The notes beneath the pieces were generated by a model. It did no database searches, was not told the origin of the DNA, and saw only the letters and a list, made by a program, of their open reading frames with translations. A stretch of 64,000 bases of DNA from the human T2T-CHM13v2.0 reference genome, Homo sapiens: the NCBI RefSeq assembly GCF_009914755.1, contig NC_060927.1; one strand, written 5' to 3'. The position numbers were made by a program, and so were the translations under genes. Shown here in pieces: positions 12,861 to 27,599 of the stretch. How positions within the stretch are numbered: the stretch's first letter is position 1; every line of letters begins with the position of its first letter.

Positions 12861-15800
12861 ATAAAAGTATTCAAACAGTGTACATCAAAGAAGGCAGCTC
12901 AAGACATGCTGTAAATATGAGATAATAATAACTTTTGATATTAAGTTGAAAGCTACAAGATATCAACAGTGTCTTTAGATAAGTTCAATAAGCTTTTCAG
13001 AGTATAGCTTCAACTGTGCTTATGATTCATATCTAATGCAGAATAACAAGAGAAATTCATGGGAAAAAATATGCCACCTACAAGGAACAGATTTGCACAA
13101 TACTCCTTATCATTAGTAAACAGAAAATGTCAGAACAGGTGTATACTTTTGAAACAAAAGAATTCAATACCATATACAAAACAAACAATGGCAAGAACAA
13201 CAACAAAAAACTGATATCAAATGTATCCCCAATTTGTTACTAATTACTAATTACTTAGTAATTAGTAATACTAAGTGCAGATGCTTTTCTAAACACTTTT
13301 TACTCATTTTCTTACTTCATCTGTATTGCAACCCTAGAAGAAATAGTTATATGAGTTTCATTTTTATAAAAATAATTAGCGTGATAATTATTCTTCAGTT
13401 ATCTTTACTTTCACAGCATAACCCATTTTTTCCTACTTATCATTACATTATTAAATGCTTTAATGAAGTACAAATCAATTTTGTTAGAAATTGCCAATCT
13501 AAAAAGAAAAAGATTACTTGCTCTAAATTGATACAACCCGGGATATATCTGTATCTTGGAACATTTTGTGGTATAAATAAATTTTAAAAATGCTGACAGA
13601 GAAATCTCTACAGCAAACTATAGACAAGTTTTGTGTATTTGTGTTGTGTGACTGTGCATAGAGAGGAAGAAATATGTGGTAGTAACATGACAATCACTAA
13701 GCCCAGAATATTTTCATATGCAGAGGTTCATGAATTTCCTTGGGATTAAAGTAAATGTGTTGTGAATTCTACCATTCCTTTTGTTTTATTTTCAAGTGCT
13801 AACATTTGCCTATCCCTAAATAGTTTTTGTTTGTTTGTTTAGTTGGGAGAATTTGGGTATACAATTTATATCAGTATTTTTGTTGTTATTGTTGCTATTT
13901 GGGTGCTTTGTGTATGGTATTAGATTCCTTTGTTTTAAGAGTATATACCTCTTCTGATATTATCTGTTTAGTAATGATCACGTGTATGGTCAACTCTTCT
14001 CCTTTTAGGTGATGTAAAATTTTTCCATGAATTACTCTTTGTCATTCTGCGTTAGATATAAATCTTAACAATTTTTAAAGCTATAGTCTGAGAAGTTTAT
14101 TGAACTCATCTTAAGACTTTTTTGTATCCCATATCTTTCTGTTTAATATCAAAAGTTCAACCTTTGATCATGCATTTTTACTTTCAGAAGATGTGTAGTA
14201 ATTTTCTCACCAACTCCACATCTTTTGAGATGTGTTTTCATCATGAATGAGTTTATTTTGACATCCAGATAGCATTTGCTGAAATGTGAATGGTGTGTTC
14301 TCTGCTACTTAATTTTCTAAGGTCATCCCTCCAGCTTTCTAAAATTTGTCATTTATTCATCTGTCTTTAAGCTTGCAATTGGAAATTTGGGAACAAAGTG
14401 GAATTGTACAAGCAGCAGGACTGAAAATACAAATATTCTTCCTCTTGTTCCTTGTCATATTGGAAATATTCTATGATTCAATGAAGAACACTTTGAGATA
14501 CAGAATAAGGGGTTATGGTAAATATAGTGAATATTCAATCATTGTGTTCTTTAAATGTATTTATAATACATACAAAAATACAACAAAGAAAATATTTTAT
14601 TATTTCCCTTTCTCATGGTAAGAACAGCTAGATTCTTTAGTGGGGCATTTTTATTAAAATGAGTAAGAAATATATCAAGTGCCATGGTACAGAATATTTA
14701 CTATCTTGGATGTCTGATGTTGCTCTGGCACTAAGATAAAAAGAATTAGAGCATTTTTTTTTATTGACTAGTTTCCTAAGCTAGGGTCCTCCATGCTATC
14801 AGTGTGCATACTCAGGGAACAAATGTAATTTCATATGTGACACCATTTACCGTATGTTATAATTTGACAAGCTTAGTGAGAACTTGGTTCATGAAAAGCA
14901 AACATTCATAACTTTCTTTCTTGGAAGCCTCATTACAAAATTACATATAATATAGGCATTAGATTTAGAATTTAAATAAGAGAGGAATTTAATATCAACT
15001 AAAACAAGCATAAAAGAACATTTTGAAAAGTAATTACCCAGAAATCTTGAAACTGGAAAAGAAAGAATGTAGGTCAAAATTGGAGGTCCTAATGTACAGT
15101 GAGTCATTCAGCTGGGAAGAAACCCGAGAGGTGAGGCAAAAACTGGGTAGGGGCAATGGTGGTGGAGGTGATAGAAAAGAACCTAAGATAAAAATCTAGT
15201 CAAGGGGTCTAACATTCATTGAGAAACTATGTGTAGTGAGGAAAGGAACTACCTATGTCTGAACATGAAGCAAACCAGTTGTAGGTTGAGCTTCATTTTT
15301 CTCAACGGCAAACAGTTTTCATATGTTTTCAGGATTGAAGAGTAAAACTCTTAAGGATATCCTTGGTATTATTAGATGTCATCTTACAATATTTATCATC
15401 TTAATGACATGTTTAAATAAGTATGTTTTATAAAATATATTTGTTGAGAAATAGAATTTTATTTCTATGTTCCTATTTCATGGAAAGGTTATTCAGAATT
15501 CTCATATACATCTTTGGCATCAGAGACTTGTCATCAATACACCCATGTGTTGAGTCATTTAACATGTGTTTCTCAGAGCACGTCTTCACATCCATTTAGG
15601 TTCTTTGAGACGCTGCAGCACTCTCACATTTGTCTATGATGCAAATTTTAATGCAAACCCAAAGTACCCATTTGCTTTGCATGGTCTTCACCAGACAGTC
15701 AGTTAATATATTTCTTAAAGGATCTTTTAAAAACTCGACAACCAACACTTGCAATTATCCAGGCATATGCTTATGACTAAGCCCATGTTAAATTCTGTTT

Positions 15801-15974
15801 GCTTTTATTTTATGTTTGTAAAGATCATCTCAAATGACCTTTATAAATATCAGAACTATCACTAGAGGATGTCATTAGGTAAATGTCTCTTCTGACAATA
15901 GTAGTATGAGAGCCTTCGTAAGGACTAATACCTATGGTAATTTTTCTTAGAAATGATTTTAGATGAAATGAATC

Positions 15975-16390
15975 AAAAAGGGCCCTAGCACAAAACACTC
16001 AACTTTAAGATAATTTAAATAGAATTTAACAAAGAGATGTTTAACAAAGAAGTGGATAGTGTATAGGAAAAGAAACAGTGCACTACCCCATGGTTGGTAA
16101 CAGGGCAGCTACCACCAATACTCAACCTGAAGATGCAAAAGGAGATAATGATTTCCAAGATAAGAAAGAGAGAATAGTGTAGAGAGAGCCACTTTCAAAG
16201 ATGAGGCCTAGCCAGCATGATGCAACCCTGCTGGGATATGAGATTCTGACCTTTTTCTTTCCTTTTTCTGATCTGCTGAAAGAGTTCTGCACTTGTCTAA
16301 CTTAATCAGAAGCCTCCCAGGGCAGAAACAGGTAGAGAAGGATCAGGGGTGTGTGGTGTAGATCTAGGCAGTCAAATATAAGATATGCAG
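15975..16390. mobile_element. Old ERVL-type solo LTR (LTR41-like; family uncertain)
   Basis: 'acactcaactttaagataattt...gtgcactaccccatggttggtaacagggcagctaccacc...cctgaagatgcaaaagg' resembles ancient ERVL LTR consensus from memory. Confidence 0.5.
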
Positions 16391-16466
16391 CCCAGGAAGA
16401 ACTTTAACATCTCTCCTCCCTTCTCTTTTCTTCTCTCCCTTCTCCTTATGTCTCATATGTGTGCGT

Positions 16467-16467
<1 letters not shown>

Positions 16468-16500
<33 letters not shown>
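16468..16500. repeat. (CA)n microsatellite
   Basis: Uninterrupted CA run of ~16 units. Confidence 0.98.
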
Positions 16501-16503
<3 letters not shown>

Positions 16504-17756
16504 GTTGACTTAAGCTTTTCCAAAGTCCATCAGCAGGTCAGCATGTGGGATTTGGATTCTGACTATATGAAAGGATTAAACTTTTGCATTGTTACCCAGG
16601 AAGAAAGAAGACAAATTATCTGAAAACAAAAATAGCCATTCTGATGCCTCCTGTCTCATTGTCTAGTAAGTCATCCTAAAGTTATTGCCCAAATGCAAAC
16701 ATTAATGTCCAGATTGCCCCACTCGTGGAAAGAAAAAAATCATGGATTTTTTTTTCTGCAAGTAAATACAAAAGTTTCAACACATAAATAGAGTGAAGGT
16801 AACACAAATAGTTTTCAGATGAATTTAATCATTCAGATGCTGAATATAAATGACAATCCAAAAAACATTGGCCAATTAAGAAAATAAAGGAAAAGAGTAC
16901 AAAAGCAGAGGCTGGAAAACAAAGCACCTTAAAAAATACTAAGGAGGCTTCCCAGGTTTGCCATGGTGAATTTTTTCCTTACTCAGTAGGTACAAATAGA
17001 AAATGTTCACAGAAATATTTTTGTCATGCAGCTGCAAAGGTAGGCAGATCTGCTTTCTATGATTGATGATATCGTTTTTCCTTTTAACATGACAGAATTT
17101 GTTAAAAAAAGAAAAACAACTGTGCTCCCAGGGATATTGGGAGCTGTGCTGTAGACAGCAGATGTATGGTTCGTATCTAATATCCAAATACATTAAATAT
17201 ATATTTTTTTCAAATGCTATGGCATTATTAGAAAAGCGGAAAGACAGTCCTGGCTTTGATGAAGCAAGAAAGAAAGGACATTATAAAGGAACGCTGGAAG
17301 AGGCAAAAAGAAGAAAGAGGAAGGGGAAAGAAAGGTAAAAGAAAATAAGTATCAGAAAATGATGTGGAGAGAGTGTAAACGTAGAAACAGGAAAAAAAAT
17401 GTGATTGCAAGAAGAAATAGGCAGACACCAGAACCCTGATATGTGACATTTGTACATATAAATTTAGTGAAAGACAGTTGCAGTTTCTCCTGTCATAATA
17501 GCCAATGGGTTAAACACTGACATACACACACACTGTACACAACCTTTGTACCTGTTGGCATCACATAAGAAGTCGGTCTACTTCTAGTCTACCTTCTCAA
17601 GTACAGCTCTATGCCTCTTCATGGGAGGTGATCTGGTGCTAGCTAAGAATGACTAGGAACAACATGAGCAGACAATATAGGAACTAGAACAGGTGAGTAC
17701 AAAGCGTGCAGTAAGGGTAGAGAAAATTATGACACCTGTTCTGATATGACTCCTAT

Positions 17757-18416
17757 TGTTAGTGGCCGCGAACTCGTATGGGTCTGCAGCAACCTCAATT
17801 CTTGCTGCCAGAGAAGAAAGAATTCAAGGGAGGGGCAAAAGGCAGAGTGAGAGACTGAGACAAGTTTTAGAGCAGGAAGGAAAGTAAAGTAAACTTGGAA
17901 GAGGGTCAAGTGGGCAACCTGAGAGATTCAAGTGTGTGGCTTGACCTTTGACTTGGGGTTTTATAGGTTGGCGTTCTTGCAGGGTCTGATTTTCTTCTCC
18001 CTGGACTCTTCCTTTGAGGTGGGCTGTCTGCATACGCAGTGGCCTGCCAGCCCTTGGGAGGGGTGCACGTGTCGTGTGTTTACTGGAGATGTATGCGTGC
18101 TCACTTGAGGTGTTCTTCCCTTGCCAGTCTAATGTTTCTAGAAGTCATATACCAGTTAAATGTGGCCATTTTGTCTCTTAATGTGCACACTTGAGCCCAC
18201 TTGCCCAGGTCCTGAAATCTTATTGGAAAGCTGCTGATCACCAGCTTCAGGTGTTTCTATCTATTGGGAGACTGCCATTCCCTGACACCAGGTGCAACCA
18301 ATTATTCTTTTAGACAGTGAAACAACCACCTGACCATCACCTGATGGTTGCCTGACAGTCCTGGTGGGGGGCCCTCTCCTGCTCTGATCATGTCTAACTA
18401 GCTACCTACTCTAACA
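17757..18416 (-). mobile_element. ERV1 solo LTR (MER50-like)
   Basis: 660-bp GC-richer block bounded by tgttag...ctaaca with a near 4-bp TSD ctat/ctct. The minus strand begins tgttagagtaggtagctagttagacatga. Confidence 0.85.
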
Positions 18417-19021
18417 CTCTAACACTAAGGATTCACAGATTTTTAAATCACTATCTCATATGGAACTCACCGTAAGCCTAGAAAGGTATTTGAGTAGCTT
18501 TTTACTTGTCTTCTATAATGTACCCTAGTTATTTTATGAATTTTCGTATGCTTTACCTACAGATCACTGGTTATTAGAACCAAGCAACCATGGGTCTGCA
18601 CTTTGTTTGATTTGCCAGTTTCAACATTTATTTAATTTGATCACAAAATAGTGCTAATCAAATTCTCCAAACAAGTTTTGTGAGAATGTAAAAACAAAAA
18701 GAAAACAATAATAATAAAAGCCATTACTGATTATTTCAAATTTCTTCAATAAAACAAACATTAACATTGTCATGACTGTCTCAATTTTTTTAAAAAGAAA
18801 CTAACATTTTAACAAAAAAACAAACAAACAAAAAAATACCACCATAGAGTATTGACATTTTTTTAAAAGCAGCGTGCAACTCAAAAGGATCTTGGCTTAT
18901 AGAAAAATGAAATAGAAATATCCTTAGAAGGTAAAACGTATTGATTTAAATTAACAGTAAATTAGTCAGATTCTTTTCAGTTGCAAGTTACAGAAACCCA
19001 GTTCTAATAACTTAACCATAT

Positions 19022-20184
19022 TTGATGTTTTTTACAAAAACTCTCTGGCACCAACTGGACGTCCTACAATTTAACTCAATTCTGATATATTATCTAGAGT
19101 TAGTGCAGTCCCACAAATTAGGAGTCAGTTGCACAAGACCATCCCCAATTCCATTGTCAGCCAAAGTTATGGTATCCTCAAGTTACCCATACTTGACCTG
19201 GCTGACCCAAAATGTGGGGGTTCCCTCAAGCCTTTCCTCTCCTCCCCCTCCAGGTTGGAAAATGTGTTAGAACAATTTACAGAACTCAGGAAAGCACTAC
19301 CATTATATTTTTATTATAAAGAATACAACCCAGGAATAGCCAAATGGAAAAGATGCTTTAAAATGGTATGTGGGAGTGGGTGGGTAGCCCAGAGCTTCCT
19401 GCCCTCTCCAGACATGCCACCCTGTCAGCAAACTGTTGTGTTCAACAACCTGAAACCTCCCCAACCTCATTGTTCAAGTTCTTACTGAGACACTTCATTA
19501 CTTGGACACTGTATTAGTAGTCCATTCTTGCACTACTATAAAGATTTGGCAATTAATAAAGAAAAAAGTTTAATTGGTTCACTATTCCATGGGCTGTACA
19601 GGAAGCATGGCTGGGTAAGCCTCAGGAAACTCAATCATGGTGGAAGGTGAAGGGGAAGCAGGCATATTTTACAGGGCTGGAGCAGGAGGAAGTGAGAGAA
19701 GGGGGAGGTGCTACACACTTTTAAACAGCCAGATCTCCTGAGAACTCACTATCATGAAAACAGCAAGAGGGGAATCCACCCCCATGATCCAATCACCCCT
19801 CACCAGGTCCCTCCTCCAACACCAGGGATTATAATTTCACATGAGATTTGGGTGGTGACACAAATCAGAACCATATCAGATATGACTGATTAAATCATGG
19901 CCACTTGATTAAACTCAACATGTAGCAACTTCCCTCTTCTCCAGGAAGTTGGGAGATGGGGCTGAAAGTTCCAAACCTCTAATCACTTGGCAAGCCCCTC
20001 CCTTGACACTCTCTAAGAGGCCACCATGACACACCTTGTTAGCATAAACTCAAGTATGGTTGAAAGGGGCTCATGATGAATAACAAAAGACATGCCTATG
20101 GCTCAGAAAATTCTAAGGGTGTTTGAATCTCTTGTGACAGGAGTCTAGGACAAAGACCAATTTTTTTTTTTTAATTACACCACA
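19022..20184 (-). mobile_element. MER21-type LTR, interrupted by MSTA
   Basis: 'caccaactggacgtcctacaatttaactcaattctga' ... 'ggacaaagaccaa...ttacaccaca'. Confidence 0.85.
19510..19878 (-). mobile_element. MSTA MaLR solo LTR
   Basis: tgtattagt...ggctgtacaggaagcatggctgg...gagatttgggtggtgacacaaatcagaaccatatca. Confidence 0.92.
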
Positions 20185-21052
20185 GCATAAAAAGAGATTT
20201 AATGGTCTATATGTCTGGAAAGTTCAGGGTGACCTTTAGACATGACTGAACGCAAGGGCTCGAATAATGTCATCATCATGTCTTTTTCTCACAAACTTCT
20301 TTTCTCCACTTTCTTCTAACTCAAGTTTATTCTTAGATGGTCTTGGACCAAATTAGGCAATGATTAATTCTGATTATTGAATCCAGATTGCTCCAGATCC
20401 TTATCTACATATATACATGATCATTGGCTCTCCCAATGTTTGAAGACATTGCATATTGAATACACATATAATTAAATTTTATTTGACATTGTCAGTTATG
20501 CTAGTTTTACTGCATGGTACAATGGGATTTGTAAAAGAAGATCATGTAGTAACTGCTTGATATTGTAACCTGTGATATTATATGAACTGTATTTATTCTT
20601 ACATACGGACATCATATTAAATATATAGCCTACATATGTAAATACCATATTAAATATGTAACCTATTTATGAGGTTAATGTCAAAATATTAGTTTTCTTT
20701 CAAATTATCTCAGCATAGATATTAGGATTATATTACTAACTTTTTAGTCTTTTTAATCCAATTTGAACAGTATCGAATAGTTTTTTGTGTGACAGAAAAT
20801 AAATTATTTTATTTTTGAATCAACTCTATGATTTTAAGAAATATTGATCGGGTTATTTCCCAAAGCTGAAAATTTAGGACAGACAGAGACGTTTTATATA
20901 ATTGGATCTCCTGCACAGTAGAAGGAGTGAAATAGGCAAGATGGTTTAATAAAAATATCATTTGACTTTTCACAACAGTGAAGTGATTCATTGATCTCCA
21001 CTTGGGTTGTCAGAGCTCAGGAGACGAAGTTTATCAGAAGTGAAAGTTGATG

Positions 21053-21110
21053 AATATTGGCTGTTTATGGCTTTATAAAATAATATTGGCTGTTTATGGC
21101 CTTATAAAAT
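21053..21110. repeat. 29-bp tandem duplication (2 copies, 1 mismatch)
   Basis: aatattggctgtttatggc(t/c)ttataaaat occurs twice in tandem. Confidence 0.95.
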
Positions 21111-21279
21111 ATTAATATTAAGTAAAGGAATGTTTTAACTAATGAAATTTACTATAAGCCTATACTTAGATACCACAATGACAACTTGGAGAAGAAATTA
21201 ACATTTGCAATGATATTAGAAGACTATAAGAAAAGGACTAAAGATAAGAGTTTGGCTTGAAGACGCGTATTTGTTCATG

Positions 21280-21890
21280 CTTTAACTTATTTAACATTCA
21301 AATATTTTAATTGAACACCTACATTACGAAAGACAAATATTAAGTTCTTGGTTTAGAGAAATAAAGAAACATGGCTCATGTACTTAAGGAGCTTGCAATT
21401 GAGGAGTCCCAATACTTTAATTTTTGTTTCAAGAAGCATGTAACCTGGTCACAGAAATAGACGAGTAAATGGATAATTTAGAGTGTGATAAATGTTAGGT
21501 ATATAGATAGTAGATGATACAGAAACATGAGATGGAGCATTTAAAAAAAACTGGAATAGGCACTAAAATACGAGGAGTGATAAAGGCTAAAATTTCAAAG
21601 CTTAATAGAAGTTGAGCCAGATACTGAAGGGATGGGCTACTGCACATGATTAATGATTAATGCAGTTGAGAAGAAACATAGTATTGTAGATTCTAGGGAC
21701 TTCAAGTTTTTTATGACTTAGTATATAATGCAAGAATAAAGTGATTGGAGATGAGGCTGGAGAGTGAGAGATGATTGAGATACTAAAGGAGGCATTTGAT
21801 TATAATCTTTGTGATCTATTGAAAAATCTTTAATGATTGACATTCAAATGTATGTTTGAAAAGATTCCTCTGAGTTTTAGTAGAGTGGGT
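21280..21890 (-). mobile_element. LINE-2 fragment including 3' end
   Basis: 'caaatattttaattgaacacctac...taaggagcttgcaat...ggagatgaggctggagag...tttgaaaagattcctctg'. Confidence 0.7.
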
Positions 21891-23479
21891 TACTTTATCC
21901 TAGGCTGACTGAACTTAATAATCAAATGGAAGTTTTATAGATTTCGCCAGGGTGTGCAGAGGATGTAAAGTACCACAGACCAACAGATGGAAAAGTGTAA
22001 AGTTACGTTGCTTTATTTGTTTTTTAATTACTCCGGATATATTATTGACGTGGCAGTGCTCACTAAGAGACAAAGGGAGGTAGAAAAACAATAATGGACA
22101 GGGATATATATAAGCTGGGAAATGTTTTGGTGGTAGCACAGAGTTCCGTAAATTAGCACCAGGTTGGTACTGTCACATAATTTGTTGGTAGGAGCACAAC
22201 AGAGCAGCTTGTAAGAACAGATGAGCCAGGGCACAAATAAAGCAATGAACATTAATCAGCAAAACTTAATTTAGCATTGGACATCTAGATGGCACTCAGT
22301 GATGCTGATCATTATTACCATACTGCCATGCACAGAGGGACTCAAAAAATATTAGTTGATGGTAATTATAAACTCAATGAGAAACATGACTAGCATTCCC
22401 CACCCCCATTTAGGCTATCCTTTCCAGAAAACATTTTCATGTTTATGACCACTAGTAAAAGACACCTTGTGGAGAAATACTTTGACCATTATCTAGGCCT
22501 AAAGATACTCTTAATTTTATGTGTTTCTTTATAAAACACAGACAAATTTATTCATACACTGTATTCTATTTCCAGTAAAATGTTTTATCTATTTATGTTC
22601 CTGATGACTCAATATTTAGTTTGGTTTTATTTGAGTCAGAGGTTTAAGTATGTAATCCATTAAACTTAAAGACAAATATTACTAAATATGACTGGGATGT
22701 TCAATGTAGCAGTAATCTCACCCAAGGTGAATCTTATTGGCTATTATATTGCCAATTTCACTTGAAGTAGTTGATCTCACATTAATGAGTCTTTTTTGGT
22801 ACTAGAAGTATCAGTGTTCTGGCTTGACTGTTTAAAAGCTTGTCTGCATGTTTCTTAATTTTGTCCCAAAGACAGAAAAATTATGAATATAAATTTTAAT
22901 ATATATTGCTGAGCATGAGAAGGGGTAAAGTGGGGGTGGGGACACAGAACTTAAAATAACTAATTCAAATATGATGTACTCATACCTAATAAAGTCCAAA
23001 TGATAATAAGAAATAATGCTATTGCACATGTAGGTCCAGCTATTATTTGGAACAGTTTATCATTTACTATACAGAGAGGGAATCAAACAGAGGCTGATTT
23101 CATTTATTAATTTTTTAAAATAATAAATGTATGGATATATGATTAATGCTCTCTCATCTTCCTTTTTATCATGCTTAGAATATCTTACCAGAGAATAAAA
23201 GACATTGCTTGAGATCCTCTGCTATGGTTCTTTATTCCTGCCTAGTTCTCTTCTGCATTACCCAATTTTCCTCAAATATATCCACTTTAAGCACTTAAAT
23301 TTCAAGCATAGAATGAAAAGGTAACACAATATCAAAATGTTATGTTTTAACACACGAATATGGTCTACTATATAAGCATTTTACTTCTGATGAAATACAG
23401 TATAACGCAATGCAACACAAACACAATAAAATAATGTATGATATTGCATAAGCAATAAAGATCACTCCTACCTGGGCGT

Positions 23480-23789
23480 TTAAAATTACTGTTCTCTAGA
23501 ATTTGTCTGGTCTCTATGCCATCATCATTCTAGATGGCAACATCTTTTATTTCAAGCTTAGCATGGAGAAAGGAATAGGTAAGAAAGGAAAGGGGTTTAA
23601 ATTCTGTTTATTCATAAGCTGCCACATAATACTTTGCTTTATATTTCACTGACTGTAACTTAGTTAGATTGCTACATCTAGCTGCAAGAGATTCTGGAAA
23701 TATAGTCTTTATTCTGGAAGTCACCTGCCCACATAAAATTATGGGATAGGAGAACAGATACTGGGAAATCATTAACAGTCTCTGCCATA
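23480..23789 (-). mobile_element. MLT1-type MaLR LTR fragment
   Basis: 'acatctagctgcaagagattctggaaatatagtctttattctg...aacagtctctgccata'. Confidence 0.7.
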
Positions 23790-25353
23790 CTGGGGACCTT
23801 GGGGACATTACGTTGTGTCCTTTCTCTACTTTGATGTTTGTTTGCTAGCTTTCAAGCAACAGAATTACAAAACTCTTTTTCCATACACTTTCTCCAAATT
23901 CTACTATAAATATCTTCTATGACAATAAAAAACTTCTGATAAATAAATTTATCATGGTAAACATATAGACTTTAAGTACATAAATTTATGGTAAAGAGAC
24001 CCCTCCAGTACTTCTTTTCTTAATGTCTTATAGTTTCATCAAGTATTAGAAGGACCTTTTGTGATCTCTACTTGAATGTTTTTCTAATTTCACTTTTATA
24101 AAAGAAACATCCACATATAATGTCAGATTTGCTAGATATATGAAGTTTTCTGAAATCTCACTGCTCTGAAAGAAATGTTTTTCTAAAAATCAAATGTACA
24201 CATTGGGAAAATGTTCAAATCAATGTACTAGTTGTTATGTTCAAAATTCCATTACTGTTAAAGAGATTTGCAGGCGTAACTTGCACAGCAAGTTACTCTG
24301 AAATTTTTCCCAGCTGTGTCCTTGAAAGATGGATACTTCTTTTTTTTTTTTCGTTTAAGAAAATCATTTTATCTGAGCAGTTGCTTTTCAATTTATCCTT
24401 TTGTACGTTGATGACATTTATTCTACACAAAATGTTGGACTTACATGTAAAGGAAAAAATAAGGTATTTGTCCACTGCATCTGTATGAGTCATAAACAAC
24501 TCATCGACATGAACTTTAGCACCTTAACATAGTTCTAGTATGGAACTTCTGCATAATTCATCATAAAAGAACATAAGGCATTCAGAAGTCAGTGTTCATT
24601 CAAAGATGTGCTGCAGTATTAGCAGCACAGGAAATATGCCTTCTCTATACAGAATTTACACAAGGTAGCTGATAAGTTTTATGGTTCATAATGGAGTTAT
24701 TTTGATCCCTTTTTAGTTGTTTGAGAATATCTTGAAAGTAATACATTAAGATAAATTATATTGAAATCAATTTTCTTAACACATTATATATTTGTATACA
24801 TTTCCTTGGAAGGTTAGTTAATAGCAATTTTATTCAAATTTCTTTAAAATATTGTTTGAAAAATAGGTAATAAATTAACATTCAAAGAACAAAATGGTAG
24901 AAAGGTATACACCCTTTAAATATTGTGAACATGATTTTTATTGCTACATGATAAGAAATAGAAAACTGATTTATATCACGCATGAGTCCTACTGTTAGTA
25001 TTTTATAGTATTAGAGTTAATGCCTTGGCCATTTTCTTTAGTTCAACTCTCGCTAAGGCAGGAGACGAAGTCCCTATCAGGATTACCTGCAGGAACATTT
25101 GCAAAACACTCCTGAACACCACTATCTACCAAAACTGTGCCTTACTGAGCCACAGAGTATTATCTTTGATTGGACTATTTTGTGTCCTTCTGTTTGGGAC
25201 ATAAATAGGGATGGAAACCCGTTTTCTAGACACTCTAACACACATAAGGTTTCCATTTTTAAAAGTAATTATCAGTTCTTTAAAGCAAAAATATGTATAT
25301 ATTTATTGATCAACCTAAGTAAAAGCAATAATGGTATGAATAAAAACTGTTGA

Positions 25354-25675
<322 letters not shown>

Positions 25676-26592
25676 ACAAAACTTATTTTAATAGATACTG
25701 ACTTTACACTAGTAATAGGATAAGGATTTCAACCATTGGGAAAAGAGATGATCTCATTCTTGTGTGTTTGTTAGTAGCATTGTGCTGTCTTTCATATAAA
25801 GCAGGCTTAGAGTGCTTATGAATTCTGCCCTCAAAGAGCTTACAATATTTCATCAATTTCTTTGACTAAGAACAATTTATGAAGGCAGCTCAGCTGAGGG
25901 TCGTCCAACAGGTAGGGAAATGAGAGCCTCTGGCCTGAAGTGGAATGTGAGTGGTACACACCAACAGCCACTCCTTGTTTTGTTTTAAGTTAGGGAATTT
26001 ATGTATGGCTAATCTGAGTTTTGTGGAAATACTAAATGAAAGGAGGAAGAATAATTTATTGGGGTTAGAAAGATTTTTCAAATAACTAGGTCAAACTTGA
26101 AACAAACAAACACGGGAAATCCTTTACATAACTAAGTGTAGAAGAAAAGTTACAGTGCAATCAGAAACCCCCTTACTTAAGGGAGATAGGAGAGTTTGTG
26201 ACAAATGAACTTAAGCATTTATAGAAAATCTGTTAATAGTGACACAATAGTCCCCCTTGAGACTCTTTGCCGTGTGTACCTACCTATCTTCTCCAGTGTT
26301 ATTTCTTTTGGCATAACTCCCAGTTTGTTTGTTTGTTCATTTGTTTGTTTGTTTGTTTGTTTTACTACTCAACATTTACTGGAATCAACATTAATTTCAC
26401 AAATTTGAGATATTTCTCATGCTGTTTTTCCACCTCCCCTTTCTCTGTTTCAAGTCCTCCCATTCTTAATGTTCCATTTCAATCCCCATTCTCTGCCAAG
26501 CCTTCCCTAGTTACCTACACCTCCAGTTCCCTCCCCTCTTGAAACACTTCCCTACATTGTTTTGGCAATTTACAGCGTGAGCCACTGCACTA

Positions 26593-26595
<3 letters not shown>

Positions 26596-26633
<38 letters not shown>

Positions 26634-26640
26634 GTCTCTG
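26596..26640. repeat. (CT)n microsatellite
   Basis: CT run with ctgt interruptions. Confidence 0.95.
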
Positions 26641-27080
26641 TTATTTTATTTATCCTATTAAAGTTTTTGTTCTTTTCATTTTTACCATAAAGGCATAAAT
26701 AATGTACTATATATATGTATATACTATATACACACATACACTGCCTATAAAATATGTACTATATAGCATCCATATATATGTATAATATATTATTAATTAT
26801 ATGCCAAAATATCCCTGTACTTTGATATTTGCTTTTCCCCAGTTATCATGACACCTTATGAAATTTATGGACAAATTTAGATATAAATTTAGATTTGGAC
26901 AAATTTAGTTTATTCACTTTAACTGTATATACCATTTTATTATATATTTTAAAATTTTATTTTATTTGCTAATATCTCTGATGATAGTTCTTTGGGTTGT
27001 TTCTAATTTCTCATTATTACAACAAAGCTATAACACACATTCCTGGACATTATTGACAATATTTATTAGAGCTTCCTGAT
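26640..27080 (-). mobile_element. Old L1ME-type 3' fragment
   Basis: 'ttattcactttaactgtatataccatt...ttgggttgtttctaattt...attattacaacaaagctataacacacattcctggacat'. Confidence 0.6.
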
Positions 27081-27599
27081 AAGACAATGAGTTCCTTAAA
27101 GGAAGAAGTGCTTTTTAAAATTTCCCACTTGAAAACTAGCATACAACTGACTGCATCATTGCAATACTCTGCTGACAGTTTGGATGGAGAGCAATGAACC
27201 TGGATCCAGAAGCAGGAGCCTCTGTTCTATATATAAAAAGAAACTACTGGGCAGGAAGGGATTCCAACTATGATTATTTGGTATCCCATGCTAACTTCTC
27301 ATAATACAGGTTCTATCAACTAAGATTGTGTTGCATTCTCCTTTACTTCTGTAAGACTCACCCTGATTTATTTTATTTCACTGTTGTATGGCACTTTACT
27401 GATATATTCAGAATGCTGAAGTCCTTTGGAAATAACACCATCTTCACCCATACAAAGGTAGCTTTATATTCATTTCCCTTCTGGTGGTTCATTTATAGAA
27501 GCACATGATTTATTGCCACCTTAACAAATTATTCTGAGTGAAGAAAGTATCTCTTCATTCAACTGTGCTTTCTTAGAAACATTTCTTACAGCATTTAAG

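Larger units (their letters stand above)
18960..20345. mobile_element. Old LTR (LTR33-like) split by MER21; pieces ~18960-19020 and ~20185-20345
   Basis: 'cttttcagttgcaagttacagaaacccag...cttaa' resumes after MER21 as 'gcataaaaagagatttaatggtc...aagttcagggt...aagggctcgaataatgtcatca'. Confidence 0.6.

Noticed and set aside
21018-25071. 13-mer caggagacgaagt present at 21018 and 25059
   Set aside because: Multiple 13-mer matches are expected by chance in 64 kb, and the similarity barely extends.
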